IMG/VR virus record: IMGVR_UViG_3300026189_000007
Coordinates: 1 to 52,072 of that record
Length of the DNA stretch: 52,072 nucleotides
DNA from: a virus
Taxonomy: Duplodnaviria > Caudoviricetes
Strand: one strand, 5' to 3'
The position numbers were made by a program, and so were the translations under genes. Positions 43,001-48,593 of the stretch are shown piece after piece (positions within the stretch are counted from its first letter, which is position 1; every line of letters begins with the position of its first letter). The notes beneath the pieces were generated by a model. The model ran no database searches and was not told the DNA's origin. It saw only the letters and a list, made by a program, of their open reading frames with translations.

Positions 43001-43930
43001 TTGAATTGTTGAATCAGAGTCATCAAAACCGATAAAGAGTGATAATTTAAAGTAATTTTGAACAGTTGTTAATGCAACACCAACTCTACTAAAACTTTCA
43101 ACCTCAGATATTGAAGCACTAGTGTTAACATCTGATGTTTTAAACAGTGTTTGACCTGCTAATTTAGTAACATCACCGCTAAGAGCTTCAGCAATTACAA
43201 CTTCTCTTCTAACATAGTTTGCTGCAGATGGTTTTAATAGATATTCCTCTAAATTTACAACTTTTGGAGTTTCATTATAAAGTGCATTAAATAAGATTCT
43301 GAATGATTCGTCTGTTCCTTTAGCGTTATATAATGATCTTGCTTCTTTTATAAACGTACCAGCATTCAAATTTGGATCAAAATCAACATCTTCTAACCCT
43401 GGTGTGAGAGAAAACTTGAGTTTTTTATAAAATTCTTGTAAAAATAGAGTACTTAAGTTTTGTACATAAGATCCTGATAGATGATCTGCAGTACTGGAAG
43501 TGGAAAATGTTAATTCTTCTTGATTTAAGTCCTGATGATAACTTGTAATACCACTAAAACCACGTTTAGCACCTGTAAAACTATTAGTTGTTACACCAGT
43601 ATAAGTTATAATCTCATCATTAATCTTTAATAAACCCCATTCACTAGGAAATCCCTTTGTACTAGAAACAGGAATTGTATCACTACTTGTAGTAATTCCA
43701 GTAGAAAGGGTTGTTGACCCAATAACAACATCTGGGGTTAAATTATCTAATTTTAAATATTGATCTAAATTGTCAGAGATGTCAACAGTACCTCCCTGAT
43801 ATTCTTGGGAAATATAATATTGCTTTAAAAATTCTACTGCATTGGGACTTTCACTCAATACATATTCAGGCAGCTGATTTTCAATGATTTGTTGAACCTT
43901 TACTTTCGGTTCAAAACCAGTATGTATCAT
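28037..43930 (-). CDS. gp7: giant baseplate wedge initiator gp7-like protein (5297 aa)
   Basis: Lies between gp6 and gp8; QLPE...ES..FL..YY..QE N-terminus, Y.AKGT..SF.ILF..LY, D..YFQN.SY.VKS....H.AG.K.F motifs; many G.GY repeats. Confidence 0.88.
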   Translation of the reverse strand: MIHTGFEPKVKVQQIIENQLPEYVLSESPNAVEFLKQYYISQEYQGGTVDISDNLDQYLKLDNLTPDVVIGSTTLSTGITTSSDTIPVSSTKGFPSEWGLLKINDEIITYTGVTTNSFTGAKRGFSGITSYHQDLNQEELTFSTSSTADHLSGSYVQNLSTLFLQEFYKKLKFSLTPGLEDVDFDPNLNAGTFIKEARSLYNAKGTDESFRILFNALYNETPKVVNLEEYLLKPSAANYVRREVVIAEALSGDVTKLAGQTLFKTSDVNTSASISEVESFSRVGVALTTVQNYFKLSLFIGFDDSDSTIQGNFDITQATRCLDTVGAGDSVISVDSTVGFGQTGTIISAGNTSIDYTSKSVNQFFGCTGIGVSIKKADEIRSNNTYYGFEDGDVTKPVELRLTGVLADFQQVSENVNINEGQIISVKNVGDFIENPATDATFKQIFANSWIYNTSCRYFIEGIKFVAVSQFTTAAKIDRSSLKKGDEVEIVRTGSNIVESFTNGALKSTIISVIDDNTIQLADGYTGNGAIDIRRRPNYAVSTAVPLEFPHLLSDTSNLYIKDNNEAYVASNSLPSGRAGVTTDFVNVITTDVKSATATGLDSIVPNTLDQYSIVVFGEPVPFFTGDEIFYKPSGTHYVGLETGRYYCEVVSTDKKKIRLYGSRASIESATYIPLKSTAGNHKFILNSQRSEVISAQKSLKKFALTPSSNRASQTETEPGTTGILINGVEISNYKSEDKVYYGPLKSASVVTAGTDYDVVNPPNVHVSAGAGTNAAIQPVIEGSISKVFIDPQGFDINEVISIDVNGGNGTAVLEPVIINKAREVEFDGRQKIYSGGVDDAADTITFLTNHTFQNGQEVIYKSNGNEGIGIGIGTDTLVNNASYFIDVIDNKTVKLYNSALNAINRENPIGLGISNTSGTHKFSTLPNQRSVVDIQVIDGGKLTNRKLFVKPTGISTQYNKVVFENHGFGNGEIVEYSTAVGVGTTVTESIGGLIETTGVSTTANYYYVMKVDSDSFRLANAGLGGTDPTNFNRDNFIKFESEGKGFQVFKYPDVSVSLKYSPVGFGTITQTVEEMVLTPTVKGSIVDAYLYETGTGYGSTIINFEKKPTISIQNGREASLKANIIGGILDSVDINYGGVEYYSTPDLEVVDTSGAGSGAKLRPIIVNNRISSVQVVSSGIGYSAASTSIKVVSAGKAGFIDVAVRPLTIDMVQKFDDDVILVGDDDSLKYTVAGYGATFRNSFGEVGTGITIASKIIGWAYDGNPIYGPFVYSDPEDINSFATRVRSGYTLDASAVEDRPPTTVFPAGFFVDDNKFDDSGDLDVNNGRFAKTPEFPDGIYAYYATIKDSGSQNKPDFPYFIGDRFRSIPLDQVITQDFDYASNNLIRNTFPYRVAEKNIDNDFIIETNEISNQKAVIESVTAGTVDELNIVDSGDNYAVGERLTFDEEGTGGEGLSSKISSLDGRPIVDIQTAVTTFENTILTWNPDNVVVNILPQHPLVNRDNVVISGLSTVLSQINGEYQIGIVTASTQVLAEVPTVASLPNSSEIYVSTIPERLSIGNSITVGTETMQVLEIYPTEKIIRANRGSTGLVHGVGSTISIVPSSFTIPKSVPYFESSLNNVAYFNPIKAVGFGVTPGVTHTSTFGFGSTTITRSIPTQSIFLPNHKFRNNEPVTVTVPGGTAQISIANSTGTVSYNLPSQVFITNKGKNYVGIKTGVGIGFSDVYFTGGGTNQDNYKIETKFEQVLAKTQKIISTVSISTAFSHNLTVGDQIDLEVKSGLSVGIGTSTGVRVKRNADTGNILINPIDFDPLAVNTTKDEITLNEHGLKTGDKVFYEAPYGVSTGLHTGSYFVYRVDDDIIKLSATSKDAYTNPPITTEISGTGIGTQSLSLVNPSLFVVGNSDFVFDIVDPSLTGYELKFYYDNQFNNEFVSTGFTGATQFSITGLGTAGIGTIANRTLNYDTMLPSKLYYNLENSGGITTADTSVESHSLINFSDSLYNNRYNVIATGSTTFDITLKRVPERLSYASTEGSLKYTTTSPTARGGIHKADINFSGFGYKRLPNFSGIDNTSGTGAYVIPSSKSIGNANQVRIINEGFEYSSDKTLKPNAFISPLIVVENSNTIGVVTVTNGGGGYLSAPNVHIVHPTTRKRIEAGLLRASLAGPAVSNVDVVVSPSGLPETQVELFTVNNTNGIGIQTVGSNNSGIFTCHITTPSAGYAEQPFKVGDEVFIENIIKEDAHGGTGFNSKDIGYRFPKVIAYLSGASDAVVVDASEYSTNCGVAVTDQGSLAVIINRKDYPTFSVDQFPSQFIVGEQIISNDVPRDLYITENKVDADNPDFVKISGTYELSPGEVIIGKESGTIANVVSITENEGRFDVSYAVKKDIGWTDDIGKLNLDNQVLPDNDYFQNLSYTVKSSQEYSTLRSPVNGLLHTAGLKNFADTGITSTTALVGIGSEDQSLSILDIIGDERVDTLYNYATAVDLEYNTTNRESIIALTGKASKFVQIDNKRLSSYLLAKSNQVLIIDDINSQFSNLDGDPSEFLNLFKIDNSSVSPFESLFVRVTNVDQSDVQTADLILMSNFGTESVLLQKQKLDDETSIGSFAVFEDSLGDTYLRFTPLPDAYNTDYDLKVVRQNFNDQTGVGTFGVGFVNITGSVGIATTVSSGITTTRVIGLSSEKYHSLHLQNHLLNQTTNEQNYVELYVTHDGENTYTSEYFVDTHSDVGMYSDILMGEFVVGFTTDSGHGNELFVDYHNNSTDKIELKTRIVGFGSTAVGVGTYRYLAPGQPPGSEQTALYQSDYSIGAGTTTVFSILQTDFNAVRSVVEVSAGSTRALHQVYTMHDQGDVYTQPSPFISVGSTSVSDSLSGLGSFNGKFNGNQFQLEFIPDSAYASTEIQVASLNLCMYGPLDTLNEELTEPLEFGSGRENLKLFFYNAINGDRINRKNFTLTSNATPIFAKSFNPAVSETVDLTSGRFNITDHFFRTGEELIYKPNSTFVGVGSTPMQYQDGGGGINSLTSPVFAIREGSDSFFIATSKTLALAGTGVTFVGVGTGNAHEFQMAVSNTKAVITIDNLIQSPLAFNPIAFTLQNNIENIDGAGTLGIGTTATTFSLSGISSLGPDDIVRIDDEYMKIVNLGIGDDVEGPITGIGTTSLIQVERSFVGSTPATHSNTATVQVYRGSYNIVGKEIFFTESPKGNPQAEKTRNNLEFPTSSFTGRTFLRNDYDTNQVYDDITDQFTGLDSQFTLKVGGANTVGLGSTGGSGLLTLSNIFQKPSTANNPDNNFSIIEDTVSGISSIIFTGIASATGDIFIDPQDINQNQLPRGGMLVSLGSTPGLGYAVPVPAKAYVETDAEGSITNIVGFPTVASVKNPIAAADYDNVTGELEITTTYPTYFESGIIKQVKLVGLGFTCADDYDVDDATYDAGNGNLTLIIGPNALGVGQSVGIATDSLTFTCSQDNYASYHSYPRHATDPIAGINTTIIERTAESITINVGVGTDSLHRFVGVGTGAVLVRSGFSGITTSTYPKYPVGLTSYSEDYTIFNVDERDYTHQFVGTATSALYSGGDYKHTFVSADTNAINGSLTPNGGDYDANTGVLTLTFAGAHGVSGGGNVTIANASLSFKCSRDNFQTEHKYPRATDPAFGQTLTATVPNATTIEVPVGTSPARERDVTDATYIPSTGQVELTIGSGHGYSAATPLTATNAVYTQSTGRLVITSNGHGLVTGMRVQIKDHSLTYTCTKDGNATEHSYPRPNDPAHHKWLAVHAYTVNTFTVYVGAAAAEDQYAHTFVSAASDGILKMIGETVGLKTESLDWRCSQDNYATIHPYPRLGDPAGDGSVIGVTSVTTSTITLDVGKLPRYRFTTNVGVNSIPHRYLGRGYALPWYGDATYGSAYAGNISIGITDTPYEHKFVSAASSAIEIGGDYAHSFVSGSSDLANAVFSGGDYVHEFVSGVTDSITKVSGGGKLTPVGAAYTGSTGVLQVTFASAHGITGGQQIRFDNGSLTFKCGRDNFATEHAYPRASDPIAGVNTSVTVPTATTVELNVGSSPNVTTTIASPYAEYEPKVGIVTFFVSSHNFKGSTTHTIGDVDFNGTTGYMNFTITGHGWQTGEYVGIAETSLEFTCALDNHATSHYYPRKSSADKDETGSHWMPIEQVGVNTFAVYVGPAGDINAGIHTFVAASAPLMKSVDEVGIKTDSLAFTCGRDNNHSIHTYPRLGKDPINRSYSKVVGVGTTGPTSFSIFVGITTNSTLDVLDSSYEGGSGILKVVVGDAGMTAINANNSRIGIKTESLVFTCAKDNFRTLHPYPRSSDPVVGICTDAFNNDSTSFEAFVGSSVGTGGVVNAEIVDYNKHRFITAGVGSITANAGGPFTATTGTEYDPRSGILTVTTTTSHSFTQSGINTAKAGTTYNPTTGIVQIETVTPHGWSNGDLIKIEENSLTFTCGYDNNQTQHTYPRPGDPIHNEWIPISNASGSTFQIQSLKRAPSTNTSAHVFVSAAASGIQKANNTVGFVTGGLTFTCAKNNFLDLHPYPRPKKDPKHNKIVGVEQVFAANKFTVNVGKSPYGTGARLDFSVGAAGTNYINPNLIIPEPAYQDLGVIGVSRLGDGPTTDTGTGLLLNIGMGQRPRGDEHRFVSAGINSVTRSIGGTLTVNDAGYIPSTGILELSFTTNHGLSLANTITIADDSLTFTCGRDNFNSEHDYPRSTDPVSGQSIAIQEIVDTDTIKVFVGITTFQDLPYGEVTDWRITRSGYGFRRGDKFTPVGLVTDSNLQEIITPAIFDAVEVRSDEFSAWQFGQFDYIDSIKDQQDGARVRFELRYDGELLAFESEDTPAFPEMNLSNALLIIVNGAIQEPGVGYEFNGGTSFVFSEPPRDTDDVSIFFYRGTDGADTVLVSDIVESIKPGDNLELLKIDTTKEDQTERTIEAIVDSDRIETSFYTGPGITSETKQFSWTKQKVDKTIGGQIVSKARGITEPFIFPTSKIIRDLSSTESSEIFVDDASIFNYEGDLPTKPIGGFVVDNSIAEPRAASLTATVNSSGQVSGFTIVDGGLGYNSAPTIQVAAPVGGGTTATGNTVIGAGGTVILTSPVTVGSGYTSTNPPKVIVSFPPFKTELVSNITSVQAISGSITGIGTTTKAGSSTGLALMFSIRSAGGLSILQDGRPISVFNTQIGNGVTSIYDSDTEVIGIGTQFLDNVYNISGNHGGYSGTETIIICNVKSDTVHTGLSTTGAWENNPAGNFSMGRLSGALGRNTANPIAIGVSGLTINSGLTTFPTIQRRMEGFRDTGAVDPTS
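29750..33800 (-). repeat. 11 copies of a ~100-aa protein repeat (Y.P.TG.L...H...SL.F.C..DN....H.YPR..DP...H.FV) inside gp7
   Basis: C..D/N.....H.YPR cores counted in the provided translation; DNA identity between copies is low. Confidence 0.85.
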
Positions 43931-43931
43931 A

Positions 43932-45866
43932 TTATTCTCTTATTAATTTTCCGTTAAGATAACTTGAAGTATAGAAGTCCTTAATAAAGCTAGTTCCAGT
44001 AATTTCATCACCTGAACTTATCACATCCCTAACCATATTTATTGTACTTTTTGAAAGACTAAAATTAAGATATAGTTCCTTTAATCCAACTACATCATTG
44101 GATTCTGGGATTGCTTGTACTTCTACAACACCAGTATTGTTAAGTGTTGATGTAATATTCACAGTACTAAGAAGAATTTCTCCTTTTATATAATCTACGG
44201 TTCCTGCAGAACCAATAACAGTATTTTCAGTTCCATCATCCAATATTTCCACCATAGAAAGAATACCTGTCTTCATATCGGGATTAGGAGTGTCTGTAAG
44301 GTAAACAGTTCTAATATTATTAGATATTGTAAACCCAGTGGACTTAATATTCTTTCCTGCTGCGTTTACATGGAATTGATTACCATAACATAGTTCATAT
44401 TGAGCAAATTGGTTAATTGCTGCCTTCAAATCCCTTCTAATACGCACACGTGTGATATTAGAGGTAATAGCAGTATCAGTACTATCAATTACTTGCTGTA
44501 TTTTACTATATTTGAATCTTCCACCAAATTTATTCATATCTACAGAATTTGAATATGCAGTTAGTGAATTCATGACCTTTGTTTTAAGTGCATCTGAAGT
44601 AGAGACCTTATTTTCGTCAAAATACACTCCAGAATCAATTTCCACATATAGTATCTTAAGATCTTCAATTTTTTGGTTAATACCAGATACAGCGTATTGC
44701 TTTAATTGTGATAAAATCCTAGTTTTGTTAAATGCTGATACATATGTACCATTTTTGGGTTTTATGCTAATTGTAACAGTACCAAACTCAGGTGGATCCA
44801 TTTCTTCACCACCAACAACTGCAACTGACTCCGTATCAGGGTAAATCTTCTTTACTATAGCCTCATAATCTCTAGGTGTAACCGCCCTGTACTGGGAGGA
44901 GTAGATTCTAGGTGCATAATACTTAATTGAGTTAATAGACTCGACTTCAGACCCATTTGTGGATGCCTGAATGGTAGCCACACTAGGAGTTGATGTAAGA
45001 CTGATAGATCCACCTTGTGGATTAACAATTCTTCCCGCAAATGAGAAACTATTACCATTTCCAATGCCATTTCCGTCTTCTCCATCAGTAATAATGTACT
45101 GAACAGTGATTATAGAGTCATTTTCTAGTTTTTTACCAATTATTCCATCACCAAACATCAATTCATACCTTTCATCCTGCACTTCTTGTACTAAAAAGAT
45201 TTCTGAGTTCGAATTTACGTCTAAAATGTTGTCAACTAGAGAATATTCTATTCCAAGTGAACCAGCTGCTTCGCTAGGCCCCGCAACATACACTTTTATA
45301 GTCGAAGTATCAATATGTGGGTTGTCTAAAACGAATCTTTGGTCTAATGAACCGTCAACTGTGAAGTTTTTGCTAAGAAATGTGCCCTCTTTGATCAAAA
45401 TATTCCTAAATGACGCTACAAAAGTGCCTGGAGAGGGTTCTGATATAGGTGCAGAGATGTCTTCGGACGTTGAGAACACATATGACGTGTTATTTGCGTC
45501 TCCTACACACACTAAACCTGCTCTTATAGTCGCTGTAGGGGTTAAATTTAGCGAAGTTATGTTTAGACCTACATCAAATGATACTTCTGCTGTGGCTGCC
45601 GTCCTAGAACGGGGTACATAACCTATATTTCTTGCTAATGAGACGACATTTTCTCTAACTGTTGCTGAATCTAGGAAAGATTCGTTCACAACCATGTTTG
45701 AGTTGAATGCTGTGATATACGTATTATAAGCTAACGTGTCTATAAGGACAGAAAAGTTCGATCCTTCGAAGTCAAAGTCCGTAAAAGTGGTATTAGCACG
45801 GAGATATGACTTGATTGATGTTTTTATTTGATCAAAATCAAGATCTGTAAATTTAGTAAAAGGCAT
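43932..45866 (-). CDS. gp6: baseplate wedge subunit gp6
   Basis: LDFDQIK, F.DFDFEGSN.S.LID.LAYNTY, NE.FLDSA..R.NVVS.A..IGY.PRS, QYRAVT..DY. Confidence 0.96.
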   Translation of the reverse strand: MPFTKFTDLDFDQIKTSIKSYLRANTTFTDFDFEGSNFSVLIDTLAYNTYITAFNSNMVVNESFLDSATVRENVVSLARNIGYVPRSRTAATAEVSFDVGLNITSLNLTPTATIRAGLVCVGDANNTSYVFSTSEDISAPISEPSPGTFVASFRNILIKEGTFLSKNFTVDGSLDQRFVLDNPHIDTSTIKVYVAGPSEAAGSLGIEYSLVDNILDVNSNSEIFLVQEVQDERYELMFGDGIIGKKLENDSIITVQYIITDGEDGNGIGNGNSFSFAGRIVNPQGGSISLTSTPSVATIQASTNGSEVESINSIKYYAPRIYSSQYRAVTPRDYEAIVKKIYPDTESVAVVGGEEMDPPEFGTVTISIKPKNGTYVSAFNKTRILSQLKQYAVSGINQKIEDLKILYVEIDSGVYFDENKVSTSDALKTKVMNSLTAYSNSVDMNKFGGRFKYSKIQQVIDSTDTAITSNITRVRIRRDLKAAINQFAQYELCYGNQFHVNAAGKNIKSTGFTISNNIRTVYLTDTPNPDMKTGILSMVEILDDGTENTVIGSAGTVDYIKGEILLSTVNITSTLNNTGVVEVQAIPESNDVVGLKELYLNFSLSKSTINMVRDVISSGDEITGTSFIKDFYTSSYLNGKLIRE

Positions 45867-45867
45867 G

Positions 45868-46269
45868 TTATCTTGTTGCCTCTAAGAGGAATGAATATTC
45901 TTGTGTTGGAAACTCTTGTCCTATAATATCAAAAATAACGGTAACATCAAAAGCATTATCATCTATATTTGGGTTTACCACTACGTCTACATTTTCTATT
46001 CTTGGTTCGAAATTATCTAATGCAATGGCTATCTGCTGTCTTATAGTAGACGCAGTACCGAAATCAACGAATTCAAATAGGTTTCTTCGGACATCTGATC
46101 CTAACAGAGTATTAAAGAATCTTTCAGTAGGAATTGTTTGCACTATATTTCTTACTGACCTACGAATTGCATCCGCATTCTTCAATACTTGTAAATCATT
46201 TGTTACAGGATGAGGTTTAAAAGACAATGAAATGTCTTTAAATGCTCTAGATATCCTCTTAATCGCCAT
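45868..46269 (-). CDS. gp25: baseplate wedge subunit gp25
   Basis: F.DISLSF..HPVT.D, AI.RSV.N.V.T...ER.F...GS......F, .FEPR. Confidence 0.94.
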   Translation of the reverse strand: MAIKRISRAFKDISLSFKPHPVTNDLQVLKNADAIRRSVRNIVQTIPTERFFNTLLGSDVRRNLFEFVDFGTASTIRQQIAIALDNFEPRIENVDVVVNPNIDDNAFDVTVIFDIIGQEFPTQEYSFLLEATR

Positions 46270-46287
46270 TAGACAAAGGTTTTTTAT

Positions 46288-46295
46288 TATTTATA
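46288..46295 (-). promoter_or_regulatory. T4 late promoter TATAAATA heading the baseplate operon
   Basis: exact consensus 18 nt upstream of the gp25 ATG, just downstream of a terminator. Confidence 0.82.
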
Positions 46296-46308
46296 CTGGT
46301 TTTCCCAT

Positions 46309-46334
46309 AAAAAAAGTGCCTCTTTCGAGACACT
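46309..46334 (-). terminator. rho-independent terminator
   Basis: minus strand AGTGTCTC-GAAA-GAGGCACT followed by T7. Confidence 0.88.
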
Positions 46335-46338
46335 GCGG

Positions 46339-46476
46339 TTATTTTCCTTGTCCTCTGTACTTTTTACGAGCCGAGTTACGGGATGTTGCCGAATATTTTG
46401 AGTGTTTTCCGCTTCCTTGACGAGTTTTTTTGGGTGTTGCCTCCTTAAGAGCATTAGTACTTGAATAAACTGCCAT
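46339..46476 (-). CDS. small highly basic protein (45 aa, not in the ORF track)
   Basis: Manual translation MAVYSSTNALKEATPKKTRQGSGKHSKYSATSRNSARKKYRGQGK; GGAGG RBS and TAATG coupling; terminator directly after. Confidence 0.75.
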   Translation of the reverse strand: MAVYSSTNALKEATPKKTRQGSGKHSKYSATSRNSARKKYRGQGK

Positions 46477-46643
46477 TATTCCTCCATGTTAATTTTAGTT
46501 TTTACTGTATCAGGGTGTGGAGAACCTGTTTTGTAGAATTCAATCGCCAAGTCCTCCATTTGATCGAAGTATTCCTCCTGAGAGAGGTTTGAATATACCT
46601 CCTTCCCATCTATGAGAATACTATATGATTCTTGTCTTTTCAT
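46476..46643 (-). CDS. small acidic hypothetical protein (55 aa, not in the ORF track)
   Basis: Manual translation MKRQESYSILIDGKEVYSNLSQEEYFDQMEDLAIEFYKTGSPHPDTVKTKINMEE; fills the gap and is coupled to the next ORF. Confidence 0.68.
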   Translation of the reverse strand: MKRQESYSILIDGKEVYSNLSQEEYFDQMEDLAIEFYKTGSPHPDTVKTKINMEE

Positions 46644-47379
46644 GTCCTACACGCACACGTGGATCGCACCAGATTTCGTAACCTGCTTCTATCGCATCAA
46701 GACAGAAAGAAACGTCTTCACCGCACATGTCCTGCACCTCGCCACTTTCGAAGACCTGCATCTTAGGTGCGAACCATGGATAAGGCATACCTTCGTTTTC
46801 AAATACTCCCTTTTTAATAAGAAGCCATCCGAAACCTGTGTAGTCTACTGTGAAAGGTTTCTTTCTCTTTGAGATACTATCTACTGTTTCATGATTCATG
46901 ACTCCACCGTTGTTACGGAAATCATCTTCTTCTAACCAGTGAGCAACTGAAGTTGTTTTACCATCTTCTGTAGCATACCAACCTGCTGCTATATCTTTTT
47001 CCATTAAGACTAACTGAAAGAACTTCTCAGAATTGAAGACTATATCTGAGTCAATCCATAATTGCCAGTCATATTTTAGTTTTCCATCCCATGGTAATTG
47101 CTTAGGCCCTCTGAGTACGTTTGCACCCAAACATTTACAACGGGCGAAATTTACCATTGATGAATAATCTTGAGATATCTGTATACTTGCACCAGCCTGA
47201 ACCAAATCAAAGCATAGTTGTACGAAACTCTTTAAGTATTGGTATGAGACTCCTCGGCCTGGTAAGCAGAAAACTATTGCCTTTCCCTTCACCAACTGCT
47301 TTGCCTTCTCATAGTCCCATTCTTGCACTTGCTTTTGTGCAGTCGGTGCTTTTGTCTTCACCGTGAATCCTTTAGCCAT
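46621..47379 (-). CDS. GT-A fold glycosyltransferase-like protein (conserved cyanophage gene)
   Basis: WIDSDI.F (DxD), TGFG..L.K.GVFE, GEDVSFC..A...G..IW.DP...VGH.K motifs. Confidence 0.72.
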   Translation of the reverse strand: MAKGFTVKTKAPTAQKQVQEWDYEKAKQLVKGKAIVFCLPGRGVSYQYLKSFVQLCFDLVQAGASIQISQDYSSMVNFARCKCLGANVLRGPKQLPWDGKLKYDWQLWIDSDIVFNSEKFFQLVLMEKDIAAGWYATEDGKTTSVAHWLEEDDFRNNGGVMNHETVDSISKRKKPFTVDYTGFGWLLIKKGVFENEGMPYPWFAPKMQVFESGEVQDMCGEDVSFCLDAIEAGYEIWCDPRVRVGHEKTRII

Positions 47380-47402
47380 AAAAATTAAATTCCTTCAATT
47401 CA

Positions 47403-47431
47403 ATCATATCACATTATATAGTCGTTGTCAA
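47403..47431 (-). promoter_or_regulatory. sigma70-type promoter TTGACA-N17-TATGAT
   Basis: minus strand TTGACA ACGACTATATAATGTGA TATGAT with a TG extended -10, 23 nt upstream of the ATG at 47379. Confidence 0.75.
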
Positions 47432-47605
47432 TCAATCTGTGTTTTCGGTTATTATCACTTCCTGATCTACCAAGTTCCATTTAAGTTCCGTATCTTCGAA
47501 CCATCCCATCTCATTAATTATTGCTTCTGGTATTATTACCTTGTACTCCCCAGTTACGTTATCGACTTCTATGGCCGAAAAAATATGTCCGAAATTTTTT
47601 TGCAT
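47432..47605 (-). CDS. small AbrB/MazE-like (swapped-hairpin) putative DNA-binding protein
   Basis: GEY.V.IPE.IINEMGW.E...L.W......VII pattern; start reassigned to ATG at 47605 (57 aa). Confidence 0.6.
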   Translation of the reverse strand: MQKNFGHIFSAIEVDNVTGEYKVIIPEAIINEMGWFEDTELKWNLVDQEVIITENTD

Positions 47606-47718
47606 AAATGAAACGACCTTACATGTTTTTATATAGGGGAAAAAATTTTTGTATAAGGGGAAACATTTATCTCGCTTCCGTAACACTTTGTAGGTTAGGT
47701 TCCCATTCGGTTTTAATA

Positions 47719-47740
47719 TAAGGGGGGATCGGCCCCCTTA
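47719..47740. terminator. GC-rich hairpin, probable terminator of the early region
   Basis: TAAGGGGG-GATCGG-CCCCCTTA, 14 nt past the stop of the 47755-48507 ORF; U-tract weak. Confidence 0.5.
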
Positions 47741-47754
47741 CACTGTCTGGCTAA

Positions 47755-48507
47755 CTAATAATCATACTGCTTGACCTGTTCGGCTGTGTCTATCAGATTT
47801 GAGATGCCATCCTGTTGGAGCTTGAGTACAACCTGTGAGTTCTTATTGGCTTTGCTTAGGCCTAAAAATGCTTTGATTCCGTTGTTGCTTGTTAGTCTAA
47901 GTCTGAGCCCTGTGTCCATTATAGCTCCTGTGATTGCTGATCTTAAGATGACCTTACGGCTGCTCTGCCCTTTCCAATCTCTTTGAAATTCGGCCGTCCA
48001 GCCCTTCTTAAGTAATTGAACTGTCTTAAGGTGTTCTTCTTTGACTATATGCACCTGCTTGGCCTCTGTGTCGTTTATGACCATGACCATGCCATGATTA
48101 TCCTCTAACATGACCTGCTTGAGCCATGTGGTTAGGTCTTCAGATCTAATGGAGCTCAGTTGGTTGTTGCAATGGCTGGCGAAGTACTGACGGAAGTTTT
48201 CAACCTGTTTTTCTGCTTCGGGTGTGTCTCTGTATAACTTAGTCAATAGTATGAAATCTTCAAACTCTTTGGTGTCTACTAGGCCATCAATCTTAGAAGT
48301 GTTAACCCAGTCAAAAGACCCATTCTTTAGCCCCTTCTTATGCTTGATTGAAATATTAACGTCTCCAGCCTTTGCGTCTGCTTTGCTCTTTGTTCCCCCG
48401 AAGTGCTTAACCTCTTCAGCGAATAGGCCAGTCTCATTTAAAAAGTCTATTGTATTAAGTTCGTTTTTAATACCTGATGTGTGGACTGAGCCGTCTGTTT
48501 TGAACAT
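47755..48507 (-). CDS. putative PD-(D/E)xK restriction-endonuclease-like protein
   Basis: SG.KNE helix, GG.K.KAD (catalytic D), ISIKHK (S-x-K variant), GSFDW.N; 250 aa; GGAG RBS and early promoter upstream. Confidence 0.6.
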   Translation of the reverse strand: MFKTDGSVHTSGIKNELNTIDFLNETGLFAEEVKHFGGTKSKADAKAGDVNISIKHKKGLKNGSFDWVNTSKIDGLVDTKEFEDFILLTKLYRDTPEAEKQVENFRQYFASHCNNQLSSIRSEDLTTWLKQVMLEDNHGMVMVINDTEAKQVHIVKEEHLKTVQLLKKGWTAEFQRDWKGQSSRKVILRSAITGAIMDTGLRLRLTSNNGIKAFLGLSKANKNSQVVLKLQQDGISNLIDTAEQVKQYDY

Positions 48508-48536
48508 TGAGTTTACTCCGTGTTTGTTATGTACTT

Positions 48537-48593
48537 ATTATAATGGTTTTTTGACTATTATGCTTGGTTTTGGGCCAGTTGTTTTATTGGCAC
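48537..48593 (-). promoter_or_regulatory. early promoter cassette copy A
   Basis: GTGCCAAT-N6-ACTGGCCC box (48572-48593), 29 nt, then TATAAT. Confidence 0.7.

Noticed and set aside
28037-43930. Possible diversity-generating retroelement or intein explaining the size of gp7
   Set aside because: No reverse transcriptase, no near-identical TR/VR pair with adenine-specific mismatches and no intein splice motifs seen; repeats are divergent at the DNA level
4048-45085. Same-strand out-of-frame ORFs nested in gp23 (4048-4296), gp7 (30379-30588) and gp6 (44855-45085)
   Set aside because: Typical alternative-frame openings caused by codon bias; no slippery site or RBS identified
47606-47686. Longer start for the AbrB-like ORF (47432-47686)
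   Set aside because: Non-ATG start inside the repeat-rich non-coding junction; ATG at 47605 is more plausible
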